The translations under genes were made by a program, and so were the position numbers. 64,000 nucleotides of DNA from positions 235-64,234 of the forward strand of contig JAZQWJ010000069.1 in assembly GCA_045632285.1 (NCBI GenBank). Reading direction: 5' to 3'. The stretch comes from Eubacteriales bacterium. Lineage in GTDB: Bacteria > Bacillota > Clostridia > Oscillospirales > CAG-272. Of the stretch, positions 46,195 through 55,104 are shown one piece after another; the first letter of the stretch is position 1; each line of letters opens with the position of its first letter. Below the pieces are notes generated by a model, which saw only the letters and a program-made list of their open reading frames with translations, searched no databases and was not told the DNA's origin.

Positions 46195-48248
46195 CGCAAG
46201 AAACCAAGGTACCCGCTGTAATTCAAAAAAAGCGCCGCACGCATCTGCAGCGCCAACGGCTGGCGGTGATCATCGTTGCCTGTGTGGTGGTGGCGCTTGC
46301 CATTACCTTTGGCATCGTGTATCATTTCACCTCTCGCATCATTTTTACCGATGATGACGGCACCCGTTATTTTGTCCGTCAGCGCGATCTGACCACTACG
46401 CAGTATAACGGCGAGGTCGTTGTGCTGGAGGATCAGTACGTGCTGGAGGACGAAGAGGGCAATATGATGCCCAGAGACAATACCAGCTTTAACTATTACA
46501 CCAAGCTGAACACCATCGTAAACGTTGATCCCGATACCGGTGTTTACACCGTGGTGGCCAAGGTGTTGACCGCCGGCGGCGAGACCACCGAGTTCAATTC
46601 CTCGTCAAACGAGTTCGACGTGCTTTTGTACCCCTATTTAAGCAACGAGCAGATCTCGTCTATCCACGTGTCCAACAAAAACGGCAGCTTTACCTTTGTC
46701 AAGGATGAAAAGGGAACGTTCCATATCGAGGGACACGAGGGCCTTCCCGGTATCAACGCCACGATGTTTGGTACGTTGGTCAACCTGACCGGCTATACCA
46801 CCACGATGGCGCGCATCAGCTTTCAGACTGCCTTTGATCCAAACGCCGAGGATTACGACGCTTACGAGGGCTTTCGCCTGAACGGCTATCGGGAGTACGG
46901 CTTGCCCGACGACCCCAACGAAGCCACCACCTATTTTATCATCAAGGGCAAGGGGGCAGACGGCCAATGGGTCGAGCATAAGGTGATCATTGGCGACCCC
47001 ATCCTCTCGGGCGTTGGCTATTATGTCCGCTACGTCGGCAGAGACGAGGTCTACGTGCTGCGTGAGATGGAGGAGACCGAAAATTACACCACGCTTTCTG
47101 CCACCCTGCTTGGCCGTATGGAGGATTACGTGACCCCGATGGTCACCGTTCCTATGTCCACCAATAATTATTTTGACGTGCAGAATTTTTCTCTTTCCGT
47201 ACTGGAAAAGGGAGCCGAGGAGTTTTTTGAGCTGATCGGCTTCAGCTATCTCCCCATTGAAAACCGAGAGGGCAAGTTTGCCGCCAACTATCCCTATGAG
47301 CTGGTGATGAAAAACGGTGCGCTCAAGGGCTATAACGTCAATAGCTACCGTGTCGACGATTGTCTGCAGCATTTGCAATCCATCAAGCCCTTGCGCACGG
47401 TCAAGCTGTACAGCGAGTACCCCACCGAGGAGGATCCCGACGTCAGCTTGAATCGTTTTTTAGAGGAATATTGGAGCAAGGAATCCGGCTTGAAGCTGTA
47501 TACCGTTGGCTTTGATTTTGTTGCCAAGCGCGACGAAAAGACAGCCGAGCCTGTCGAGGGCGAGGTCTATCCCCAGCAGATCTGGATCGCCGAAAACGAG
47601 GCGGGGACCTATTATCTGTTTAACGCCGAGTTCAATATGGTCGTAGAATGCTCGGTAGAGTATCTGGAGTTTTTGGAGTGGAACCGCTTTGAATGGATCG
47701 AATCTGATATTTTCTCGGGCAATGTTGCTTACGTAGAAAAGATCGAGATCCTGATGCCCGGTGGCATCGGCACGCTGAACGGCGCCAATCGCGTTGTACT
47801 GTACTTTGATAATTCCCAAAGCGAGCTGCCCAGCAAGGAGAACAATTTTATGGTCTCCAGCAACAAGCTGAGCATCACCGCCGATTACGGCAGTATGGTC
47901 GGCGTTAAGGTCGACGTTAAGCAGTTCCGCCTGTTCTATCAGACGCTGCTGATCTCTTCGCTGGAGGGAATGATGCCCACGGGTACCGAGCAAAAGCAGC
48001 AGGATCTAATCGCCTCCGGTGATGCCGGTGCAGAAATGGTGATCAAGATGACCTATAATGCGGATGGCGAAGAGCTGGTCCGCACCTATCGCTTTTACTC
48101 CAGAGCGAACGGCAATCTCAACGCCTTTGTAACGCTGAACGGAACGGGCAGCTTTTATATGCTGCAGCGTCGCGTGGATAAGATCATCAGCGACGTAGCA
48201 AAGATCTTTAACCCCGCAGAGACGATCGATCCCGAAAGCAAATTTTGA
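46191..48248 (+). CDS. Large membrane-anchored hypothetical protein (DUF4340-like position)
   Basis: ATGA overlap with the upstream gene. It has a single N-terminal TM (LAVIIVACVVVALAITFGIV). The DUF4340 family assignment rests on gene context only. Confidence 0.5.
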   Translation: MTQETKVPAVIQKKRRTHLQRQRLAVIIVACVVVALAITFGIVYHFTSRIIFTDDDGTRYFVRQRDLTTTQYNGEVVVLEDQYVLEDEEGNMMPRDNTSFNYYTKLNTIVNVDPDTGVYTVVAKVLTAGGETTEFNSSSNEFDVLLYPYLSNEQISSIHVSNKNGSFTFVKDEKGTFHIEGHEGLPGINATMFGTLVNLTGYTTTMARISFQTAFDPNAEDYDAYEGFRLNGYREYGLPDDPNEATTYFIIKGKGADGQWVEHKVIIGDPILSGVGYYVRYVGRDEVYVLREMEETENYTTLSATLLGRMEDYVTPMVTVPMSTNNYFDVQNFSLSVLEKGAEEFFELIGFSYLPIENREGKFAANYPYELVMKNGALKGYNVNSYRVDDCLQHLQSIKPLRTVKLYSEYPTEEDPDVSLNRFLEEYWSKESGLKLYTVGFDFVAKRDEKTAEPVEGEVYPQQIWIAENEAGTYYLFNAEFNMVVECSVEYLEFLEWNRFEWIESDIFSGNVAYVEKIEILMPGGIGTLNGANRVVLYFDNSQSELPSKENNFMVSSNKLSITADYGSMVGVKVDVKQFRLFYQTLLISSLEGMMPTGTEQKQQDLIASGDAGAEMVIKMTYNADGEELVRTYRFYSRANGNLNAFVTLNGTGSFYMLQRRVDKIISDVAKIFNPAETIDPESKF

Positions 48249-48260
48249 TCGTTTGCCATA

Positions 48261-48308
48261 AAAAAGCACACCGTGTGTCACAAAATGTGACACACGGTGT
48301 GCTTTTTT
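48261..48308. terminator. Bidirectional rho-independent terminator
   Basis: The 21-bp stem AAAAAGCACACCGTGTGTCAC / GTGACACACGGTGTGCTTTTT. Confidence 0.85.
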
Positions 48309-48309
48309 G

Positions 48310-49692
48310 TTAATCTCGCTGATCCAGCGGAACGTAAGAGCGGTGGCCGGTAATGCACTTGTAGGCAGGGCGGATGATGCGCTTTGCCGTGGTATATTCC
48401 TCAATGCGGTGCGCGCACCAGCCGGCGGCGCGGGCAATGGCAAACAGGGGCGTGTACATACAGGTGGGGATGTTGAGCATACGATAGATCAGGCCGGAAT
48501 ACAGGTCAACGTTGGCACACATAGCCTTGTCAAGCCCCTTGTAGCGAGAAAAGACCTCGGGGGTCAAGCGCTCGATGGATTCCAGCAGAGCAAAGTCGTC
48601 TCCATAGCCCTTCTTTTCGGCCAGGCTGCGGGCGTATTTTTTCAGCATCACGGCACGGGGATCGGACTTGGTGTAGATGGCGTGACCCATACCGTAGATC
48701 AGACCGGTGTGGTCGTTGGCCTCGCCCTGCAGGATCTTGGCAAGAAAGCTCATCAGCTCCTCGTCGTCCTTGGGGTCGTGTACGTTTTCCTTGATGCAGT
48801 CAAACATTTCTTGCACCTTGATGTTGGCGCCGCCGTGGCGGGGACCCTTCAGCGAGCCGATGGCTGCACCGATGGCTGAATAGGTATCGGTGCCGGAGGA
48901 GGACAGCACGCGGCAAGCAAAGGAGGAGTTGTTACCGCCGCCGTGCTCGGCGTGGATCACAAGGCAAAGGTCAAGCAGTCTTGCCTCCTCCTCGGTATAG
49001 GATTTGTCGGGGCGGAGCATCCGCAGGAAGTTGGCTGCCGTGGGCAGACCGTCCTTGGGGTTGTGGAGATTTAAGCTGTGCCCGCCGAATACGTTACGGT
49101 AAATGGCATAGGTGTGGGCGGCGATCACGGGCAGACGCGCCACCAGCTGCATGCTCTGGCGGATCATATTGCCAAGGCTGGTCTCGTCGGGGTTGTCATC
49201 ATAGGCGTACAGTGAAAATACGCCGGTGGCCATTTTGTTCATGATCGAGGGCGAGGGTGCCTTCATCAAAATGTCCTCGTCAAAGCGGGCGGGCAGACGG
49301 CAATAGCGGTCCATCAATGCAGTAAAGCGCTCTAACTGCGTGGGGGTGGGGAGTTGACCGAAAAACAGCAGGTAGCAGCACTCGGCAAAGCCATAGCGCC
49401 CCTCGTTAGAAAAGTTTTCGCACAGGTCGCTCATCAGATAGCCGCGGTAGTACAGCTTGCCGTCTACAGGGGCGCGGACACCCTCGTCAATGACGTAACC
49501 GTGGGCATTACAGATGCGGGTAACGCCGGCCATAACGCCGGTACCGTCGGGCTCACGAAGGCCGCGCTTTACGCGGTAGTTATCAAAGGCGGAGTTGGGG
49601 ATCTGATATTCTGTTGTCGATGCGGCGACCAGCTCTTCAAGCAGCTCTGCGTTTTCTTGGTCAAACGCATCGTTTTTCATATAAAAATCCAT
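48310..49692 (-). CDS. Citrate synthase
   Basis: The ATG at 49692 lies 7 nt after GAGGTG. It has LVIHAEHGGGNNS, GPRHGGAN, GMGHAIYTKSDPRA and NVDLYSG blocks. Confidence 0.9.
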   Translation of the reverse strand: MDFYMKNDAFDQENAELLEELVAASTTEYQIPNSAFDNYRVKRGLREPDGTGVMAGVTRICNAHGYVIDEGVRAPVDGKLYYRGYLMSDLCENFSNEGRYGFAECCYLLFFGQLPTPTQLERFTALMDRYCRLPARFDEDILMKAPSPSIMNKMATGVFSLYAYDDNPDETSLGNMIRQSMQLVARLPVIAAHTYAIYRNVFGGHSLNLHNPKDGLPTAANFLRMLRPDKSYTEEEARLLDLCLVIHAEHGGGNNSSFACRVLSSSGTDTYSAIGAAIGSLKGPRHGGANIKVQEMFDCIKENVHDPKDDEELMSFLAKILQGEANDHTGLIYGMGHAIYTKSDPRAVMLKKYARSLAEKKGYGDDFALLESIERLTPEVFSRYKGLDKAMCANVDLYSGLIYRMLNIPTCMYTPLFAIARAAGWCAHRIEEYTTAKRIIRPAYKCITGHRSYVPLDQRD

Positions 49693-50106
49693 GATGTGGC
49701 ACCTCGCTTTCGGTGGGAAAATGTAATTTCTATCTATTATAGCATTGATCCCTCTGTTTTGCAAGGCGAAAATGCAAAAAATTCATAATTTTTACCAAAC
49801 AGGCAAAAAAATCTGCAAAAATACGCCGTTTTCAAAAAAAATTGACGGAATCTGTCGCTGTTTTGTCAATTTTACGGAGGAGGACGGGCGCCGAAACGAT
49901 GGATGTCAAGCTCCTTTATAAAAAGTTGTGCCGCGCGCTTGGTTTGGCAGAAATGCCATAATACAATATTTTAATTAGTATAAAATGACAAAAAATAAAA
50001 AAACAATTGTTTTTTCTTGTTCCTTGTGCTAAAATGGGAATACCACACGCGGGCGCGACCGCACGCGAGTCGTATTTGCGAACCAAAACAAAAAGGAGAA
50101 ACAGCT

Positions 50107-53100
50107 ATGAAACGAATTGTTGTATTGTTGCTTTGCCTGTGTATGCTGCTGCCCATGGTGTTTGCCATGACCGCAGTAAATGCGGGCGCCGAGGCCACGG
50201 TAACGGTTTCTACCGACAAGGAGGTCTACGCGCCCGGCGAGGCCATTAAGGTCACCGCACCTGCCGGCAATGAAAAGGACTGGGTGGGCATTGTGCCTGC
50301 CGATGCCAACGGCGATCCCATTATCTCGCAGGGCACGATCTATTGGAAATACGTCGGCGAGGGTCTGACTGCGTCCTCTTTGGTTGAGGGCGCTACCGCC
50401 ATCAACACCGCCAAGGGCGATGCCCTTGCCGCTTTGATGGGCATGACCAGAGCGGAGATGCTGACCCTGCCCGAAGGTCGCTATTTCGTGGCGCGTATTC
50501 CCAACGATCTCGGCATTCCCAAGGCCGACGAGCAGGGCTTGGTGACCTACGTGCCTATTACCATTGCATCCAAGATCACAATGGAAAAGACCACCTTTGC
50601 ATACGGTGAAGATATTCCGGTCATCCCTTTGGTCAAGAACACCGAAAAGGACTATATCGGTCTTTCCCGTGTGGACAATGACGGAAACGTTTGCCAGAAC
50701 TTGTACTATACCTACATTACCGATGCAATGGTAAATACGCCAATCAATATCAATGAGGGTGTACTGTACGGTTCAGATAAGGCAAACTACGGACATTTGC
50801 CCGCAGGCCGCTACGTGGTCTATTTTGCCCCCAACGATGCGGGTGCTCAAACCCGAGATAAAAGCTCTGATATTCACATTGAAATAAAGGGTTTGACGAC
50901 CGATAAAACCGATTACAAGGTCGGTGAGCCCATTATGGTTACTGCCAGCGGCGGTCTTAAGGACTGGGTCGGCATCGGCCTTTTGAATCACAGCAGCACG
51001 TATAAGCTGACCACGATCCGCTGGAGATACATTACGCACAATAGCGGCAACCCCGGCACCACGGGCTACGGCTCCGGTGAGACCTTTGACATTGCGCAGG
51101 CGCAGATCATCAATGATAATGTGCTGCCTTATGCAGATCTGCCCGCAGGCGAATACGTGATCTATCTGGTTGCCAACAACGGCTCGGCTGACAGTGCTTC
51201 CTCCGAGTCGACCTATATCTACATCACCGTCAGCGACGTTGCCCCCGATGCCCCCGCCTCGGCCACTCTGTCGCTGAACGACGCGCGCACCGGCCTTGCG
51301 GGTGGCAAACTGGCTGTAACCTTTGCGGAAGAGTCGATGGCGATGGGCAAAAAGCCCACCAAGCTGCAGCTGTATTGGGCTGACGAAAACGGTGACAAGA
51401 TCGTAAACAGCGATTTTGGCGCGTACGACGTGACCGGTGCCGTGACCGAGATCGCAATGCCCGATTGTATGCTCATCCCCGCCGAGGCCAAGTCCTTGAT
51501 GGTGCGTGCCTACAACGGCGCGGGCTATGCCGATGCGGCCGTTGCCGCCGCGCTGCCCGCCGATCGCGGCTACCGTGCGACCGGTGCCGAGATCGCTTCC
51601 TTCCAGATCGTCAGCGATATGCATATCGGCTACGCGGATTACAGCAGCGAGCACGCAATCGCTCTGTTCAACGATATTCTGGCGATCGATCCCGACAGCG
51701 TGGGTATCTTTGTGGCAGGTGATGCCGCCGATCACGGTCAGGCTGCCGAATACGAGGAGCTGTTTGCTCTGTGGCAGGCCTCGGGTCTTGACGCACAGCT
51801 CTATCTTGGCGTGGGCAACCACGAAATGATGAAGGATACCTCCGGCCACAATTATAACGACGATTATCAGGTTCAGATCGAGCGCTTTTTGACCTATGCA
51901 AACAAGAGTTTGACCGAGGCCGAGAAGACCGAAACCCCTTACTATTACGTCAACCGCGGCGGCCAGCACTTTATCTTCCTTGCCACCGAGGAATGCGGAA
52001 CCCACGCTTACCTCTCCGATGCGCAGCTTGACTGGCTGGAGGCAAAGCTTGGCGAGGTTGCTGCCGACGGCGCACCCGTGTTCATTATGCTCCATCAGGG
52101 TCTGTATAATTCTATTGCAGGCACGCTGGAGGGGCAGGGCTGGAACGGTATCATCTGCGGTGAGGAGAACTTTAACGCTTGGAAGGCACTTGCCGCCGAA
52201 AAGGGCGTGACCACCAGCAATCATACCTATATGAAGGGGCAGTACGAGCAGCCCCTGCGCGATATTCTTGCGCAGTATCCCTCCGCTATGATGTTCAGCG
52301 GCCACAGCCACTGGATCATGGAATCTCTTGGCAACGTCTACAATGCCACCGAGGCGCAGCCCAATTACCTGTTTAATACCGCATCGGTTTCTTATCTGTG
52401 GACCGATCGCGATGAAATGAACGGCGGCCAGGGCACCGATGAGGGCAGCCAGGGCTACTTTGTCACCGTTTATGAAAATTGCATCGAGGTCCGCGGCCGC
52501 GATATTTTGAACGGCGAGTGGATCAACGGCGCTTCCTATCAGATCTGGCTTGACTGCGCACACGAGTACGATTTCGCTTGTGCCACCGGCAGATGCGTCT
52601 GGTGCGGCGAGGCCGACCCCGAGGCTCCCGCCTGCGTTGGCGAAAACGAATGTTCTACCACCTGTGCCACCTGCCATCAGGAGACCGTTGTAGACGCCAA
52701 GCCCTGCACCGGCTCGGTGGAATGCTCTGACGTGTGCATCTACTGCGGTGAGAATACCGTTGCCGATGCCGTGGCATGCACGGGCGAGTTTGATTGCTCT
52801 ACCAAATGTATGTACTGCGGCGAGGCCGTAACGCCCCGCGTTGCCGAGCACAGCTTTGCCTACCTCTGCACCGCACTTTGCGATATCTGCGGTGAGGCCA
52901 ACCCCAACGTTGTGCCCTGCAGCGGCAAGTTTGATTGCTCTACCAAGTGCGAATACTGCGGCAAGGCCGTTACGCCCCGCGTTGAGACGCACACCTTTAC
53001 CTACGCTTGTGACGAGAATTGCAGCACCTGCGGCGAGGCAAACCCCGACGTTCAAGCGCACAAGGGTCTGTACGATTGCTCTGATAAGTGCCAATACTGC

Positions 53101-55029
53101 GGTATCGACGTTGAGCACGAGGCGCACGTTGGCGCCAATGGCTGCGAGGTCGTTTGCAAGTTTGGCTGCGGCACTGCCGTTTCGGGCACCGGCCACGAGA
53201 GGGAGTTTGATTGCTCTGTGGTCTGCAAGAACTGCGGCTCGGATATGACCGAGGGCGCCGCCGCTCACGAGGGTGTTGCTGCTTGTGCGACCGCTTGTAA
53301 GTACGGCTGCGGCACTGCCGTGACCCCCGATGCCGAGGCCGCTCATGCGGGCGAATTCGATTGCTCCGAGATCTGCGCCGCTTGTGGCGAGGCCATCGCG
53401 CAAAAGACCCCTCACGCAGGCGAATTTGCTTGCTCCGACAAGTGCGCAACCTGCGGCTGCGACATTCAGCCCGCCTCCGATCATATCGCAAGCGAGGTGC
53501 TTTGCTCCGGTCTTTGCACCCTGTGCAATACCGTTCAGTTCACCCCTGCCGCACACGAGGGCGCTGCCCCCTGTGCTACTGTTTGTAAGTACGGCTGCGA
53601 GACCGCCGTTGAGCCCACAGCTGAGCACGATGCACCCTTTGACTGCTCTGCGATCTGTACGGTCTGCAACGAGAGCATCGCGCACGCTGAGCACGAGGGC
53701 GTTGCCGCCTGCGCAACCGTTTGTAAGTACGGCTGCGGCACTGCTGTGACCGCTGCTGACGAGCATACCGCCGCGTTTGTATGTTCTGAGACCTGCGCCG
53801 TTTGTGAAGAGACGATCACGCCCGATGCCGCGCATAGCAAGGCGCATGCCTGCACCAACGCCTGCGACGTTTGCGGCGCTGAGATGGAGGCGACCGCAGC
53901 GCATACCGCGCTCTTTGCCTGCTCTACCGGTTGTGCTGTCTGTGGCGAGACCATTGAGCCTGCTGCAACGCACACCACCGTATACGAGTGCGATACCAAG
54001 TGCGCTGTTTGTAACGAGGACGTTGCGCACAAGGCACACGACGGCGAGTTTGCTTGCTCTACCGTATGTCAGTATGGATGCGGCACCGTGATCGAGGATG
54101 CCGTCCCCTGTGTGGGCGCTATCGCTTGCCGCGATGAGATCTGCCAATACTGCGGTGCTGAGGTCGAGGTCAAAAAGCATGAGGGTGCATACAGATGCTC
54201 TACCGTATGTCAATACGGATGCGGCATTGCCATCAAGCCCAAGATGGGCCACGTAAAGGTCAACGCTTGCTCTGACGTTTGCACGATCTGCGGCGAGACC
54301 ACAACGCGTTCCCGTCACACCTATGACAACACCTGTGACGTGGATTGTAACGAATGCGGCTTTATAAGAGAGGCCGCTCAGCACGTTTATGATAATTCCT
54401 GCGACGCCTCTTGTAATGTGTGCGGCGCTGCCCGCACCCCCGCTGCTCACGAATACGTCAGTGAATGCGCAGATCTTTGTCGCGTGTGCCACGCTGAGCG
54501 CGAGGCCTTTGGCGACCACAGCTACAACGGCGATTGCGACACCATCTGTGATGCCTGCGGAAAGGTCAAGGAGCAGGGCGAGCATAGCTTTGGTGACTGG
54601 ACCGTATTGGTTGAAGCCACGTTGGATGCGACCGGCTTGCGCGAGCACGCTTGTGTATATTGCGGCGAGGCCGAGAGCGAAGAGATTCCCAAGCTGACCG
54701 TGGATCCCAACGCACTGAACAGCGCACCCACAGTGAACCTTCCTGTTGTGGGCGAGGTTGATCAGAACACCTTTATTCTGGTGGTTGCCATTGCCGGCGG
54801 CGTGCTGCTGCTGATTGTGATTGCGATCATTGCAGGTGCTAAAAAGAAAAAGAATGCCAAGAAGGCCAAGAAGGCCGAAAAGGCTGAAGCTACCGAGGAA
54901 AAGGCTGAGGAGACCGAAGCCACCGAGGGAGAGGCTGAGGTGACCGAGGAGGAAACCGAGGAAAAGACCGAGGAAAAGACCGAGGAAGCCACCGAGGCCG
55001 ACGAAACCGAAAAGAAGGATGAGGAATAA
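50107..55029 (+). CDS. Giant membrane-anchored surface protein: three Ig-like modules, a calcineurin-like metallophosphoesterase, about 29 tandem Cys-rich modules, a TM helix and a K/E-rich tail
   Basis: The ATG at 50107 follows AAGGAG, and the protein has a Sec-type signal peptide. All five metallophosphoesterase motifs are present: SDMHIG, GDAADHG, GNHEM, MLHQG and SGHSHW (about 51590-52330). A TM helix lies at about 54770-54840, followed by a Lys/Glu/Thr-rich cytoplasmic tail. Confidence 0.9.
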   Translation: MKRIVVLLLCLCMLLPMVFAMTAVNAGAEATVTVSTDKEVYAPGEAIKVTAPAGNEKDWVGIVPADANGDPIISQGTIYWKYVGEGLTASSLVEGATAINTAKGDALAALMGMTRAEMLTLPEGRYFVARIPNDLGIPKADEQGLVTYVPITIASKITMEKTTFAYGEDIPVIPLVKNTEKDYIGLSRVDNDGNVCQNLYYTYITDAMVNTPININEGVLYGSDKANYGHLPAGRYVVYFAPNDAGAQTRDKSSDIHIEIKGLTTDKTDYKVGEPIMVTASGGLKDWVGIGLLNHSSTYKLTTIRWRYITHNSGNPGTTGYGSGETFDIAQAQIINDNVLPYADLPAGEYVIYLVANNGSADSASSESTYIYITVSDVAPDAPASATLSLNDARTGLAGGKLAVTFAEESMAMGKKPTKLQLYWADENGDKIVNSDFGAYDVTGAVTEIAMPDCMLIPAEAKSLMVRAYNGAGYADAAVAAALPADRGYRATGAEIASFQIVSDMHIGYADYSSEHAIALFNDILAIDPDSVGIFVAGDAADHGQAAEYEELFALWQASGLDAQLYLGVGNHEMMKDTSGHNYNDDYQVQIERFLTYANKSLTEAEKTETPYYYVNRGGQHFIFLATEECGTHAYLSDAQLDWLEAKLGEVAADGAPVFIMLHQGLYNSIAGTLEGQGWNGIICGEENFNAWKALAAEKGVTTSNHTYMKGQYEQPLRDILAQYPSAMMFSGHSHWIMESLGNVYNATEAQPNYLFNTASVSYLWTDRDEMNGGQGTDEGSQGYFVTVYENCIEVRGRDILNGEWINGASYQIWLDCAHEYDFACATGRCVWCGEADPEAPACVGENECSTTCATCHQETVVDAKPCTGSVECSDVCIYCGENTVADAVACTGEFDCSTKCMYCGEAVTPRVAEHSFAYLCTALCDICGEANPNVVPCSGKFDCSTKCEYCGKAVTPRVETHTFTYACDENCSTCGEANPDVQAHKGLYDCSDKCQYCGIDVEHEAHVGANGCEVVCKFGCGTAVSGTGHEREFDCSVVCKNCGSDMTEGAAAHEGVAACATACKYGCGTAVTPDAEAAHAGEFDCSEICAACGEAIAQKTPHAGEFACSDKCATCGCDIQPASDHIASEVLCSGLCTLCNTVQFTPAAHEGAAPCATVCKYGCETAVEPTAEHDAPFDCSAICTVCNESIAHAEHEGVAACATVCKYGCGTAVTAADEHTAAFVCSETCAVCEETITPDAAHSKAHACTNACDVCGAEMEATAAHTALFACSTGCAVCGETIEPAATHTTVYECDTKCAVCNEDVAHKAHDGEFACSTVCQYGCGTVIEDAVPCVGAIACRDEICQYCGAEVEVKKHEGAYRCSTVCQYGCGIAIKPKMGHVKVNACSDVCTICGETTTRSRHTYDNTCDVDCNECGFIREAAQHVYDNSCDASCNVCGAARTPAAHEYVSECADLCRVCHAEREAFGDHSYNGDCDTICDACGKVKEQGEHSFGDWTVLVEATLDATGLREHACVYCGEAESEEIPKLTVDPNALNSAPTVNLPVVGEVDQNTFILVVAIAGGVLLLIVIAIIAGAKKKKNAKKAKKAEKAEATEEKAEETEATEGEAEVTEEETEEKTEEKTEEATEADETEKKDEE
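52555..54665 (+). repeat. Coding tandem array of about 29 degenerate 22-26-aa His..C-x3-C-x2/3-C modules
   Basis: Examples are HSFAYLCTALCDICGE, HKGLYDCSDKCQYCGI, HEGVAACATACKYGCGT, HTYDNTCDVDCNECGF and HVYDNSCDASCNVCGA. The nucleotide copies are diverged, so this is not an assembly duplication. Confidence 0.85.
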
Positions 55030-55049
55030 TTCCCATTCTTAAAAAACAA

Positions 55050-55084
55050 AGCCGCCCCGTGCGATTTCGCACGAGGCGGTTTTG
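55050..55084. terminator. Shared terminator hairpin between convergent surface-protein genes
   Basis: GCCGCCCCGTGCGA-TT-TCGCACGAGGCGGT followed by TTTT, with an A-tract upstream. Confidence 0.7.
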
Positions 55085-55104
55085 ATTTAACCCGCTAACG
55101 GGTG

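Noticed and set aside
49899-49958. A 19-codon ORF downstream of a GGAGGAGG sequence in the 414-bp citrate synthase / surface-protein intergenic region.
   Set aside because: The spacing from RBS to ATG is about 15 nt, which is too long, and the peptide has no recognisable features. The region more likely holds divergent promoters.
50773-54648. A 1291-aa ORF on the minus strand, the longest antisense ORF in the track.
   Set aside because: It lies entirely antisense to the 1640-aa surface-protein gene. Its sequence is low-complexity and Gly/Ala/Arg-rich, and it has no RBS or recognisable motifs. It is a typical shadow ORF of GC-rich coding DNA.
52555-54665. A periodic repeat signal that could be mistaken for a CRISPR array or satellite.
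   Set aside because: The repeats are in frame within one long ORF and diverged at the nucleotide level. They have a period of about 66-78 nt and no conserved spacer/repeat alternation. They are protein modules, not CRISPR.
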